In this document: piece by piece, positions 18,837 to 29,104 of the stretch
Layout of the letters: every line of letters begins with the position of its first letter
Numbering within the stretch: the first letter of the stretch is position 1
Source: Bacteroidia bacterium
GTDB lineage: Bacteria; Bacteroidota; Bacteroidia; NS11-12g; UBA9320
Direction: 5' to 3'
Length of the DNA: 64,000 nucleotides
Assembly (NCBI GenBank): GCA_965216465.1
Contig: CBDCFW010000002.1
Coordinates: 32,001-96,000 of the forward strand
Made by a program: the position numbers and the translations under genes
The notes under the pieces: model-generated
What the model was told of the DNA's origin: nothing
Seen by the model: the letters and a program-made list of their open reading frames with translations, nothing else
Databases searched by the model: none

Positions 18837-18841
18837 TTATA

Positions 18842-19786
18842 ATGCTGAACATATCACTAATTCAAATTCAATACCTAATCGCTTTAGACGAACACCGAAA
18901 CTTCATAAAAGCAGCAGAAGCAAGCTTTGTAACACAGCCTACGCTAAGTATGCAAATGAAGAAGTTAGAAGATGAGCTTGGGGTGCTGATTTTTGACAGA
19001 AGCAAACAGCCTATAGAACCCACCTTGATCGGTGAGCAAATCATAAAACAGGCGAGAGTAATTTATAATGAAACTTCAAGAATTGAAGGGATTTTGAAAG
19101 AATTCACGGGTGAAGTTTCAGGAGTATTAAAAATTGGAGTTATTCCCACCATTGCTAATTCGCTTATACCTCGATTAATTGGAGAAGTTGCCCGAAAATA
19201 TCCAGATTTAAAATTGACTATTAAAGAATCTCTAACTCATGAAATAGTTGAAGATCTGGAAAACAATCGTCTTGATGTTGGTGTAATTTCGGTTCCCTTG
19301 GGGAACGAAAAACTAGTAGAACGCTTTTTGTATGTTGAGAAGTTTCGCATCTACGCCAATCCCAACCACCCAAGTTTTGGAACCCGTTCTTGGCATGTAG
19401 AAGATCTTTTGGCCGACAAATTGTGGTTGCTGTCTGAAGGAAACTGTTTTAGAACCCAAACAATTAATTTATGTGCCTTGCCAGATGAAGAATTGAACCA
19501 CATGGCCTTGAGCTATGAGAGTGGAAGTCTACAAACGTTGAAGAAAGTTGTTGACCTAGAGGGAGGTGCTACCATTATTCCAGAGTGGGAAGCAGGAGAG
19601 TTGGATGACGAATCACTTAATAACCTTCGTGCCTTCAAAGACGATAAAGCGGGAAGGGCAGTAGGCTTGGTTTATACTAAATTCTATGCGAAAGAGGGAG
19701 TAATAAATAAACTTGAACAGATGATACAGGAATCGTTGCCCAAATATGTATCGGGGAACAAAGACTTAGATATTATAGAATTTTAA
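18842..19786 (+). CDS. oxyR: OxyR-type LysR regulator
   Basis: LysR HTH (FIKAAEASFVTQPTLSMQMKKLE) and redox cysteine pair EGNCFRTQTINLC (C-x8-C); start re-assigned to the ATG at 18842. Confidence 0.88.
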   Translation: MLNISLIQIQYLIALDEHRNFIKAAEASFVTQPTLSMQMKKLEDELGVLIFDRSKQPIEPTLIGEQIIKQARVIYNETSRIEGILKEFTGEVSGVLKIGVIPTIANSLIPRLIGEVARKYPDLKLTIKESLTHEIVEDLENNRLDVGVISVPLGNEKLVERFLYVEKFRIYANPNHPSFGTRSWHVEDLLADKLWLLSEGNCFRTQTINLCALPDEELNHMALSYESGSLQTLKKVVDLEGGATIIPEWEAGELDDESLNNLRAFKDDKAGRAVGLVYTKFYAKEGVINKLEQMIQESLPKYVSGNKDLDIIEF

Positions 19787-19789
19787 CAT

Positions 19790-19821
19790 AAAAAAAGCCT
19801 CAACATCGTTGAGGCTTTTTT
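19790..19821. terminator. Bidirectional intrinsic terminator between oxyR and sucB
   Basis: agcctcaac/gttgaggct stem flanked by A and T tracts. Confidence 0.9.
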
Positions 19822-19822
19822 C

Positions 19823-21058
19823 TTACATGCCCATAAGAACATCTAAAGGATCTTTTCCGAACAGCATGGTTTCTGGATTTTCGAGGTAATTCTTAACCGT
19901 TACCAAGAACCCTACTGACTCTTTACCGTCAATAATTCGGTGGTCATAACTTAGTGCTACAAACATTACAGGACGAGCAACAATTTCACCTTTTTCAACT
20001 ACAGGTCGCTCAACAATGTTGTGCATTCCTAAAATTGCACTTTGAGGTGGGTTGATGATTGGGGTACTTAACATACTTCCAAATACTCCACCATTTGTAA
20101 TGGTAAATGTACCTCCTGTCATTTCAGGTATGGTGAGCTTTCCATCTCTAGCTTTGAGAGCTAGTCGTTTAACTTCGGCTTCAATTTCCCACATGGTCAT
20201 GGCTTCTACGTTACGCATTACAGGAACCATCAATCCTTTTGGACTACTTACCGCAATTGATACATCAACAAAGTCGTTGATAACCATTTCTTCACCGTCG
20301 AGGTAAGCATTCACCTTAGGGTATTTCTGCAATGCAAGTGCACATGCTCGTGTAAAGAAGCTCATGAATCCTAGGTTTACACCATGAATCTCTCGGAATT
20401 TCTCTTTGTATTTAGCTCGCGTGTCAAAAATAGGCTGCATGTTAACCTCATTAAATGTGGTTAACATGGCTGTTTCATTCTTAGCAGCTACTAATCTTCT
20501 TGCAACTGTTTTTCTTAAGTTGCTTAGTTTTTCTCTGTGTTGTTCTCTAGAAGGCTCAGAAGGCGATGAGTAATCCATTGCTCCAGCTTCAGCAAGTAGG
20601 GCATCGTATTTGGTAATTCTTCCATCTTTCCCGGTTCCAACCACGTTGGTTGCGGCAATTCCTTTTTCTGCTAATATTTTTGATGCAGCAGGACTTGGTG
20701 TTCCCGTTGCATAATTTTGATTTGCTGGTTTTGCTTTAGCTTCAGATTTAGGAGCTTCTTTTATTTCGGCTGCGGGTGCTGGAGTTTCTTCAGCTTGAGG
20801 TGCTGCTCCTTCTGGAGCTTTAGCTTCCGTATCAATTGTGGCCACAACAGCTCCAATTTCAACATCTTCGCCTTCCTCAACCAAAATTTTTAAGGCTCCT
20901 GATTGTTCTGCGTTAAGCTCTACCGTTGCTTTGTCACTTTCCAGTTCTGCAACTGCTTCGTCCATTTCCACGTAGTCTCCATCTTCTTTCAACCACGTTG
21001 CAATTGTTACTTGTGTAACAGATTCTCCTACAGAAGGAATTTTTAATTCTATTGCCAT
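19823..21058 (-). CDS. sucB: 2-oxoglutarate dehydrogenase E2, dihydrolipoamide succinyltransferase
   Basis: Lipoyl domain [11 protein letters not shown]3-binding [28 protein letters not shown]. Confidence 0.97.
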   Translation of the reverse strand: MAIELKIPSVGESVTQVTIATWLKEDGDYVEMDEAVAELESDKATVELNAEQSGALKILVEEGEDVEIGAVVATIDTEAKAPEGAAPQAEETPAPAAEIKEAPKSEAKAKPANQNYATGTPSPAASKILAEKGIAATNVVGTGKDGRITKYDALLAEAGAMDYSSPSEPSREQHREKLSNLRKTVARRLVAAKNETAMLTTFNEVNMQPIFDTRAKYKEKFREIHGVNLGFMSFFTRACALALQKYPKVNAYLDGEEMVINDFVDVSIAVSSPKGLMVPVMRNVEAMTMWEIEAEVKRLALKARDGKLTIPEMTGGTFTITNGGVFGSMLSTPIINPPQSAILGMHNIVERPVVEKGEIVARPVMFVALSYDHRIIDGKESVGFLVTVKNYLENPETMLFGKDPLDVLMGM

Positions 21059-21141
21059 CTTCTTTTAGAACGCGTCAAAGTTAAAATAGATTTTTAACTT
21101 CCTTTGTTTTAAAAATAAAGAATTCAAATTTGTAAGACGAA

Positions 21142-22785
21142 ATGAATGTAAATCGCTGTTTAAATGCTTTTGTGCAAGAGTTAAATGCTTCTTATGCAGT
21201 TATTTCTCCTGGAAGCAGAAATGCACCTCTTATATATGCACTTGATCAGATGAACATTCGCAATTTTTCTGTTGTTGATGAGCGAAGTGCAGCATTTATT
21301 GCACTTGGTATTGCAAAGCATACGCGAAAACCTGTTATTTTGAGTTGCACCAGTGGCACAGCTGCATTGAATTACTACCCTGCCATAGCTGAAGCATTTT
21401 ATGCTCGAGTTCCTCTTATAATTTTAACAGCCGATCGACCACCTGAGCAAATTGATGCATGGGATGGCCAAGCTATTCGGCAAAGAAATGTTTTTGCCAA
21501 ACATGTTAGAGCCTCATTTGATACCCCCGACGATTACAATGAATCAAATCGATTTAAGGCCATCGCAGAAAAGGTAAACAGATATTGGAATGATAATATT
21601 CCTGGCCCGATACACATCAACATTCCGATTCGAGAACCTTTCTATGAGTTTGAATCTTTAGAGGCTCGTGAATCTTCTCATGTGAATGAAGAAGACCCTA
21701 TTGTTTCAGTTACTATTCCCTCCATTGCAGCACATTTGAATCAAAGCTTTAGCGATAAGAAAGTTTTGATTTTTAATGGAATGGATGATGGGGAGAGTGT
21801 GGTAGTTGCAAATGGTAACGACGGAGTAATGCTGTCAGACTTAACATCGAATCAAACCAGTGATGTATTCTATTGGGATGCTATGCTGTTTTCAGCTCAG
21901 TCGAAGCCTGATGGGTTAGATAAATTAAGGTCACTAGCTCCCGATGTCTTAATAACAACTGGAACAACGACCATATCAAAAGGACTAAAACGCTTTTTAA
22001 ACTTATGTAAGCCACAACGGCACTATCATCTTTCAAGTTACAATGAAGTAGGGAATATGTTTGGGACAAATCCCACAATAATTGACCCTAAAAAAATCTC
22101 TGCTGTTCCTGAAATTGATGGCGATGTTGACGGTTTGCGCGATGGTCCATTTGTTAAGCATTGGTTAGAAACTTGCCGAGAATTTGAAGATCGCTTTAGT
22201 CGATTAGAATGGACTAGCTACAACGAGTTTTCAGTTGTGAACTACGTGGTCAATAATGTGGCCAAAGATGCAATTATTCACTTGTCGAATTCAATGCCGG
22301 TGCGTTATGCCTCGTTTCTGATGAACAGTGGTGTAGCCAACAATCTGGTTTACAGCAATAGAGGAACTTCTGGCATAGACGGTTGTACCTCAACAGCAAT
22401 TGGAAATGCTTTGGTAGCAGATAAACAAGTATACCTACTTACGGGTGATCTTGCATTTTTCTACGACATCAATGCATTTTTTAACAAGCATGTGCCGGCT
22501 AATTTTAAGGTTGTAATTTTAAATAATTCTGGTGGCAGAATATTTGAGATGATTAGTGGACCCGAAAAAATGGGAGAAGCAATTCAACTTCAAACTACAC
22601 CACATCATTTTACAGCTGAGCAACTTTCAGAGCATTTTAAGTTTAAATATATTCCAGTGAAGAACATTTCTGATCTCGCAGATGGAATGGAAGAGCTAAT
22701 TTATTCTGATGTTTGCACAGTAATGGAGATCTTTACAGATACCGATGAAAATGCTGATTTTTTCGAGAAATTTAAAGCACTTTAA
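21142..22785 (+). CDS. menD: SEPHCHC synthase (menaquinone biosynthesis)
   Basis: SPGSRNAPL, DERSAAF, CTSGTA, TADRP, NRGTSGIDG, GDLAFFYD...NNSGG. Confidence 0.96.
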   Translation: MNVNRCLNAFVQELNASYAVISPGSRNAPLIYALDQMNIRNFSVVDERSAAFIALGIAKHTRKPVILSCTSGTAALNYYPAIAEAFYARVPLIILTADRPPEQIDAWDGQAIRQRNVFAKHVRASFDTPDDYNESNRFKAIAEKVNRYWNDNIPGPIHINIPIREPFYEFESLEARESSHVNEEDPIVSVTIPSIAAHLNQSFSDKKVLIFNGMDDGESVVVANGNDGVMLSDLTSNQTSDVFYWDAMLFSAQSKPDGLDKLRSLAPDVLITTGTTTISKGLKRFLNLCKPQRHYHLSSYNEVGNMFGTNPTIIDPKKISAVPEIDGDVDGLRDGPFVKHWLETCREFEDRFSRLEWTSYNEFSVVNYVVNNVAKDAIIHLSNSMPVRYASFLMNSGVANNLVYSNRGTSGIDGCTSTAIGNALVADKQVYLLTGDLAFFYDINAFFNKHVPANFKVVILNNSGGRIFEMISGPEKMGEAIQLQTTPHHFTAEQLSEHFKFKYIPVKNISDLADGMEELIYSDVCTVMEIFTDTDENADFFEKFKAL

Positions 22786-22932
22786 TCCAGTTTTCATGCT
22801 GTAAGCAGGCTACCAGAATACCAAATTTGAGGAGTCACCCGTTAATTGAAATGGGTATTTAAAAAAAGTTAAGTATCTTTCCAAAGGTTTTCCAAAACCC
22901 CCTTTCGAATTGCTAATCAATCAAATTTAGAA

Positions 22933-25900
22933 ATGATACGGTTATTATTCATTTTAGTTGTATTCTCGGTAAACCTTAGCCTAGCACAATCTCTATATCC
23001 CGAAATTCAGACAGGTCACATGGATCAAATCACGTCGATGCAATTTACCGATGATGATAAACGCTTACTGACCGGGTCTATGGATGAAATGCTAGTACAA
23101 TGGAGTATCAATACTCAAGTTCACGATGCGAAGGTCTTAAACTTACTCAAAGGGGTGAGCTGCTTTAAGTTCAATGAAGAGGCAAAACTATTAGCAGTAG
23201 CAACCTATAACAAGCAAGTTGTTATTTACGACTTTAAGGATTCAACAGTATTTGGTCCAAAATGGACTTACGATTTTACTCACCATGTAAAGTTTATTGA
23301 TGTCAATAATGCAGGAAGCCATATCGCAGCCTCTTCGGGATACAATATTTGTGTTATGGATACGGCGGGTGAAATGTCGACTGTATTTGGAGGCGACGAT
23401 ATAATGGGACTTCGGTTTTTGTCGGATAACAAAACATTAGTTTTTGGCAATTACGACGGAGATATATTTAAATATAATACTCAGCTTCCATCATCGGTCG
23501 GAATGAATAAACTGTTCAATGTTGGGAATATCATTAGTGAAATAGCGTTGGACGATTCTGAACGATACTTGGCCTATGGCACAAGCGGAGGTCCTAAGCT
23601 TGGAGGAGAAATTGGTGTTTTTGATTTGAAAAAGAACAAGCTGGTTAGCAAGCAAAAGAATTTCATTGTTTATCTAGGTGCACAATTTGGTTCAATTCAC
23701 TTCATTGACAAGAAGAGTCTTATTTATGTTAACAAGGATGGAGGTATAAATAGGTGGAACTTCAAGAGAGATCGAGACGTAAACATCGTCAGCAAGGCAG
23801 TTAATTTATCGATAGATGTTTCTAACAACAAAGAGTGGCTAGCTTACGCTATTGATGCCGATTGCTATGTAACCAAACTGGGTTCTACTAGTCAACCACT
23901 TAAATTTACTGGATATGCGGAGAATCCAATTCGGTTTGTTGGTTTGCACGGTCATACGATGATGGTTGAATATCCCTCTGGCATTAAAAAATGGGATCTC
24001 AAAGAACTTCGAACCGAAATGGTCTTGGAAAAGTTTTATGATGGAGATTGGAGTTACACTGCTTTCAGTCATGATTTAGAACTAAAAGCCAATAATGATT
24101 TCATTAGAAATGTCAAAACAGGAGAGTTTGTTGAATACTATATGGGAACTTCCGCAAATTCTCGGTTTGGAGGATTTTCAGGAGATAAACGTTTTTACAG
24201 TTTTTTAGACCAAAGTGGGCAGTTGACGATTTGCTGCTTGGACACGGCCAAATTGCCCTTTTGGACAGAAAAACACCTCAGACATTGGAATTATAACAAG
24301 CAATATGCTCTGATTAATATCGATGATTTAATCATTAACCCTTATAAAAATGAAATGGTGTTGCTAACCAAAGGATTTGATTACATCAACTTAGAAACTG
24401 GTGAATACAAGCAGATGACAAACAAGGTTAGAGGAGATAATCCTTCACTCCCAGCTTTGTTCGACCCAGTTCAAAACAAGCTATTAGTGGCAACAAGCAG
24501 AACGGTTTATGACAGTATTGCATACGAAGGTCGAGAGGGTTACGCATCTGAATGGACCAGCTTAAAAAGAAGCATGGGTGGAAGCTCTGGTGATCGCTAC
24601 TTGAACAAAAAGAGCGGAACGATAAGCATTTACAATTTGGATGATATGACCGCACCATACTATTTGGTAAAGGATAGCTATATTGATAAGATGGCGGAGG
24701 TGACCGCAATGACCTATGATCCAAACTACAACATAATATATGTAGCATACGGCGATGGAACAGTAAAGTTGCTTAAAACCACAGATTCGGGATATTATTC
24801 GTATAACTGGACCCGGTTTACTTCGGCAGTTCATGATATGGTGGTTTCAGACGATGGTCTTCAATTGTACATCATAAACAAGTATGGAGCGGTTGGAGTG
24901 GTTGACGTCTTAACTTTAGACTACCTGGTTTCCCTGGTTGCGACCAGTGATAATGAGTTTATAGCCATAGATCAAAAAGGTTTTTATAAGCGCTCAAAGA
25001 ATGCTCAAAACGCAGTGGCGTTTGTGCAAGGAGAATACATTCTTAAGTTAAATCAAGTTGATGATAGGTTGAACAAGCCACATGTAATTTACAAAGACAT
25101 GGATTTGTTGGAGTTTGATAGGCTTAAACTAATTCAAAAACTTGCCGGAGGTGAGGATGTAGAAGAAGTAAAACAAATTGTTGGCCCAGAACTAAAAATT
25201 CTAAAAAGTGAAAAACTAGATATTACAACATCGAAAAGCTTTATCAAGATATCGACAGAAGCCGTTTCAACAATTTCAAATTTGAGTCATATGCAAATAT
25301 GGGTTAATGGTATTCCTCAGTACAAGAAAGGAAGTGAACCCAAAGCAAAATCAAAGGTTAAGTGGACAAATAAGTGGAAAGTCGGATTGAGAAGAGGAAG
25401 GAATTCTATTCGGTTTGTTTGTTATGACGAAGATGGTACTGGCTCATTGGAAAAATTTGTAGTGATAGAATGTCAGAAAGAATACGAAAAACCAAACTTG
25501 TATGTTGCATTGGTTTCTGTTTCAAAGTATCAGAACTCAACCATGAATCTGCAATATGCTGTGAAAGATGGTCGAGACTTTGCCAAAGTTTACATAGACA
25601 GCATTGGAAGGAAGCAAATTGGATTTCCTAGCAGGTTTGGTAAGGTCGTGTTAGATACTTTTTTTAATGAGAATGCCACCCGTGATAAAGTAGTACAATG
25701 GAAGTCAAAGCTGAAAAAAACCAAACCAGAAGACTATGTCTTGTTATACGTTTCTGGACATGGGTTGCTTGATACAGGCTTTAATTTTTGGTTTGGACTG
25801 CACGACATTAATTTCGATGATCCTGCACAAGGAGGAATATCTTTTAATGAACTCGAAGATTTATTGGTTGGAATTCCAGCACAGCAGAAATTGTTCTTGA

Positions 25901-26346
25901 TGGATGCCTGTCATAGCGGTGAAATTTTGGATGAAGAAATCAGAGTTGATAGCACTTTTATTTTACCCGATGGGTCGAGAGGTCAACTTACTGGATATTC
26001 TTATAAAGGAGGAGGAATTGCTGATTTTGACGAAGAGACTATAAATAAAACAGAGCTCAAACAAGAATTATTTAGTAACTACAATAGCAGATCTGGAGCA
26101 ACTGTGATCTCAGCTGCAGCAGGAAATAGTTTTGCACTAGAAAGTCCTGAATGGAGCAATGGAGTCTTTACCTATACAATAATTGGAGGGTTGGTATATA
26201 GATGGGCTGATGCCAATGATGATGGAGAAGTGAGTGTTGTTGAATTAAGTAGATATGTAACTAAAATGGTTAAGGAGCAAACTGGAGGCATGCAGGTACC
26301 AAACGATAGGCAAGAAAACATTGAAAATAACTTTAGAGTATGGTAA
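22933..26346 (+). CDS. Secreted WD40-repeat caspase-family (peptidase C14) protein
   Basis: Signal peptide; GH...WD-type propeller repeats; Ig-like linker; catalytic dyad motifs SGHG and DACHSG; ALESPEWSNGVFT; EF-hand-like DANDDGEVSVVEL. Confidence 0.9.
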   Translation: MIRLLFILVVFSVNLSLAQSLYPEIQTGHMDQITSMQFTDDDKRLLTGSMDEMLVQWSINTQVHDAKVLNLLKGVSCFKFNEEAKLLAVATYNKQVVIYDFKDSTVFGPKWTYDFTHHVKFIDVNNAGSHIAASSGYNICVMDTAGEMSTVFGGDDIMGLRFLSDNKTLVFGNYDGDIFKYNTQLPSSVGMNKLFNVGNIISEIALDDSERYLAYGTSGGPKLGGEIGVFDLKKNKLVSKQKNFIVYLGAQFGSIHFIDKKSLIYVNKDGGINRWNFKRDRDVNIVSKAVNLSIDVSNNKEWLAYAIDADCYVTKLGSTSQPLKFTGYAENPIRFVGLHGHTMMVEYPSGIKKWDLKELRTEMVLEKFYDGDWSYTAFSHDLELKANNDFIRNVKTGEFVEYYMGTSANSRFGGFSGDKRFYSFLDQSGQLTICCLDTAKLPFWTEKHLRHWNYNKQYALINIDDLIINPYKNEMVLLTKGFDYINLETGEYKQMTNKVRGDNPSLPALFDPVQNKLLVATSRTVYDSIAYEGREGYASEWTSLKRSMGGSSGDRYLNKKSGTISIYNLDDMTAPYYLVKDSYIDKMAEVTAMTYDPNYNIIYVAYGDGTVKLLKTTDSGYYSYNWTRFTSAVHDMVVSDDGLQLYIINKYGAVGVVDVLTLDYLVSLVATSDNEFIAIDQKGFYKRSKNAQNAVAFVQGEYILKLNQVDDRLNKPHVIYKDMDLLEFDRLKLIQKLAGGEDVEEVKQIVGPELKILKSEKLDITTSKSFIKISTEAVSTISNLSHMQIWVNGIPQYKKGSEPKAKSKVKWTNKWKVGLRRGRNSIRFVCYDEDGTGSLEKFVVIECQKEYEKPNLYVALVSVSKYQNSTMNLQYAVKDGRDFAKVYIDSIGRKQIGFPSRFGKVVLDTFFNENATRDKVVQWKSKLKKTKPEDYVLLYVSGHGLLDTGFNFWFGLHDINFDDPAQGGISFNELEDLLVGIPAQQKLFLMDACHSGEILDEEIRVDSTFILPDGSRGQLTGYSYKGGGIADFDEETINKTELKQELFSNYNSRSGATVISAAAGNSFALESPEWSNGVFTYTIIGGLVYRWADANDDGEVSVVELSRYVTKMVKEQTGGMQVPNDRQENIENNFRVW

Positions 26347-26972
26347 GGGTGAGTTTAGAAGGGAGTTTAGTTATTATGTGCTTAGTATTATTGAGCGGAT
26401 GTAAGCTCTTGCAGACTAACCAACAAAAGATTGATACGCTTGATCTTCGCCCAAACTATCAAATTAATTACAATATTGCACAAGGTGGTGAACGCTATCA
26501 ATTCATTGTAGATCTTATTGAGATGAATCCTTATCGAACGTTTAAGTTTACAATGACCAATAGCAATGAAACGTCTGCTCTGATTGCAATTACTCCTAAG
26601 GCACTAGATTCTGGTGATATTGAAAAGAACTACTTCCCCAATTATTCAGACACTTTAAATGATAATACCTTAACGGTGTGGTTTAGCCGGAAAATGTTCG
26701 AGACCATAATTAATAACGACACGGCAATATTTAATGGTAATTATAGAGGATTTGGAAGCAAGAAGACAAAGTTTTATAACAATGGAACGGAGTTGTATCA
26801 TTATGAGCTAAATGGAGTACCTCAAACCATTGAAGTAATTCATGTGAAAGAAGCCAACCGAGGAGGGAAGCAATTTTGGGTACTTAATAATCCAGAGAAT
26901 CCCTTGATAGTGAAAATGAATGTGGGTTGGGAGATCTGGCTGAAAGAAGTGAATCACAATTATGATGACTAA
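26340..26972 (+). CDS. Hypothetical lipoprotein
   Basis: Lipobox LLSGC; start overlaps the caspase stop; WVLNNPENPLIVKM tail. Confidence 0.75.
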   Translation: MVRVSLEGSLVIMCLVLLSGCKLLQTNQQKIDTLDLRPNYQINYNIAQGGERYQFIVDLIEMNPYRTFKFTMTNSNETSALIAITPKALDSGDIEKNYFPNYSDTLNDNTLTVWFSRKMFETIINNDTAIFNGNYRGFGSKKTKFYNNGTELYHYELNGVPQTIEVIHVKEANRGGKQFWVLNNPENPLIVKMNVGWEIWLKEVNHNYDD

Positions 26973-26989
26973 ACCAAAGGGTATTTAAA

Positions 26990-27874
26990 ATGAACAGAAA
27001 AGAATTTATCGTAAAATCTGCCGGAACGGTAGCAGCTTTAACCCTTAGTAAGTGGATTCATGCACAGCAAATTGAATCTCCGACTGAAGGAGGCTTCTTG
27101 TTTTTTTACAAACATGTAAAGGAAACTAAAAACGGATCTGTTTTTGATGTTCAATACTTCTTTGAAATTTCAGATTCCCTTAAGAACTGTGAAGAAGGAG
27201 TGATTAAGCTACGTGTATCACAACTCCCTGAGGGGATTTCAGATGAAAGCTTGAGCCAAGTTGCAATCTATACAGCACAAATGAAGAAGTGCAAGCCCGA
27301 AGGAGAATTCCCAGTTTATGCCTCGATCAAATGTAAAAAATGGGACTTACAAGAGGGGCCGAACCTTTTACAATTCACCTCGATAGACAAAAGCCTGAAA
27401 AGAAAGTTTATTCTTGAGTTGTCGAGAAGAGGAGATACAAATTACTTGGAGTTAAAACGTAAGAAAAAGTCCTTGCTGTATGCAGAAGAATATGAAATCG
27501 CACCAGAGAGTAGCGGCTCAGATGATGGATGTTACCTAACGACTATTTGTGTTGAACACTTACGTAAGCCAGATGATTGCTATGAGTTAAATACACTACG
27601 TAGGTTTAGAGACGAGTATGTCAGCAAATTTGAAAATGGTGAATGGGTTAAAAAGTACTATGAAATTGCTCCAGGAATTGTAGAATTCATCAGAAAGCAA
27701 AAGCACGCAGAAAACATTTTAAGCCTGATGTATAATGACTTGGTTTTGCACACAATTCAACGAATAGAACGAAACGATTTAAAAGGTGCAATGGATTATT
27801 ATATGGATTATTCTATGACTTTAAGTGGGCTGATATCCGACAAAACTGCTCTTATAAGTGATTCTTATGATTAG
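26990..27874 (+). CDS. Exported protein with Tat-like leader and C-terminal CFI-box-CTERM-like domain
   Basis: MNRKEFIVKSAG leader; Ser/Gly linker then GCYLTTIC...PDDCYELNTLRRFRDEY...YYEIAPGIV. Confidence 0.75.
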   Translation: MNRKEFIVKSAGTVAALTLSKWIHAQQIESPTEGGFLFFYKHVKETKNGSVFDVQYFFEISDSLKNCEEGVIKLRVSQLPEGISDESLSQVAIYTAQMKKCKPEGEFPVYASIKCKKWDLQEGPNLLQFTSIDKSLKRKFILELSRRGDTNYLELKRKKKSLLYAEEYEIAPESSGSDDGCYLTTICVEHLRKPDDCYELNTLRRFRDEYVSKFENGEWVKKYYEIAPGIVEFIRKQKHAENILSLMYNDLVLHTIQRIERNDLKGAMDYYMDYSMTLSGLISDKTALISDSYD

Positions 27875-27992
27875 CAGTTTTAAGATGAATTGGTAGGATT
27901 CTGAGCCATCTAATTGTGTCAGCCATGTTGTGCCCATTCTATTCTGAAATAAAGCTTGTTCAAAACCAAAAGGAAATTGTTAATTTGCACCT

Positions 27993-29102
27993 ATGTCAAC
28001 AGAGAGCACATCACTTAAGCGAACTTCGCTTTACAATAAGCACATCGAGCTAGGAGCTAAAATGGTTCCATTTGCAGGTTACGAAATGCCCGTTCAATAT
28101 GAAGGCTTGACCCCAGAACATCATGCAGTTAGAGATTCTGTAGGAATGTTTGATGTTAGTCACATGGGTGAATTTGGCGTAAAGGGTAAAGATGCTGAAG
28201 CATTAGTTGCTTGGATTTGTTCAAACAACATAAGCAAAGTTGTTGATATGCAGGCACAATACAACTGCATGCCAAATGATGAAGGAGGTATTGTTGATGA
28301 CCTAATCGTTTACCGATGGAATCAGGAAGAGTACACCTTAGTTGTTAATGCAAGCAATATTGAAAAAGACTGGAATTGGATTCAAAAAAAGAAAGAAGAA
28401 AAAGGATTCGAATGTCAGCTTGAAAATATGTCTGAAGATGTGTCGTTAATTGCTGTTCAAGGTCCAAATGCGATTAAAGTAGTACAGAAATTAACTGAAA
28501 TCGATTTATCTGCAATAAAATTCTATCACTTTGCCGCTGGAGCATTAGGAGGAAGTAACGATGTCGTTATATCAAATACAGGTTATACCGGTTCTGGAGG
28601 ATTTGAACTTTATGTTTGGAACAAAGAGGCTGAAATGATTTGGGATGCATTGGTTGAAGCTGGTGACGAATTTAACATCAAACCATGTGGTCTTGGAGCA
28701 AGAGACACACTGCGCTTAGAAAAAGGATACTGCCTATACGGCAACGATATTGATGATACCACTTCTCCAATAGAAGCAGGATTGGGTTGGATTACCAAAT
28801 TTGCTGAACCTTTTAATAATCAAGCTTACCACAAAGACTTAAAAGAGAATGGTGTAAGCCGAAAACTTGTTGGATTTGAAATGATTGATAGAGGCATTCC
28901 TCGTCAGCATTATGAATTGGTTGACGGTGAAGGAAATGTGATTGGAGAAGTTACTAGTGGAACGCAAAGCCCTAGTCTTGGAAAGGCCATAGGTATGGGT
29001 TATGTGAAGCCTGAATTTACTGCCGTTGATACGGAGATTTTTGTTCAGGTTCGTAAAAAACAACTGAAAGCCAAAGTGGTTAAAATTCCATTTCTCTCTT
29101 AA
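27993..29102 (+). CDS. gcvT: Glycine cleavage system aminomethyltransferase T
   Basis: FAGYEMPVQY, FDVSHMGE, TGYTGSGGFE, GLGARDTLRLEKG. Confidence 0.98.
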   Translation: MSTESTSLKRTSLYNKHIELGAKMVPFAGYEMPVQYEGLTPEHHAVRDSVGMFDVSHMGEFGVKGKDAEALVAWICSNNISKVVDMQAQYNCMPNDEGGIVDDLIVYRWNQEEYTLVVNASNIEKDWNWIQKKKEEKGFECQLENMSEDVSLIAVQGPNAIKVVQKLTEIDLSAIKFYHFAAGALGGSNDVVISNTGYTGSGGFELYVWNKEAEMIWDALVEAGDEFNIKPCGLGARDTLRLEKGYCLYGNDIDDTTSPIEAGLGWITKFAEPFNNQAYHKDLKENGVSRKLVGFEMIDRGIPRQHYELVDGEGNVIGEVTSGTQSPSLGKAIGMGYVKPEFTAVDTEIFVQVRKKQLKAKVVKIPFLS

Positions 29103-29104
29103 GT

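Noticed and set aside
18692-18841. ORF-track N-terminal extensions (oxyR 18692, also 7054, 12085, 51756, 55832, 48159)
   Set aside because: They overlap neighbouring genes or promoters; downstream starts match domain boundaries, signal peptides and -7 boxes.
22786-22932. ncRNA or tRNA between menD and the caspase gene
   Set aside because: Only short weak hairpins and tttccaaa repeats; no cloverleaf or recognisable RNA family.
22933-27874. Caspase-gasdermin abortive infection system
   Set aside because: No gasdermin-like ORF is adjacent and all three proteins appear exported.
27875-27992. Glycine riboswitch upstream of gcvT
   Set aside because: No GGAGA...CCGAAG/CTCTCAGG aptamer motifs; the region is short and a -7-like box lies 5 nt before the ATG.
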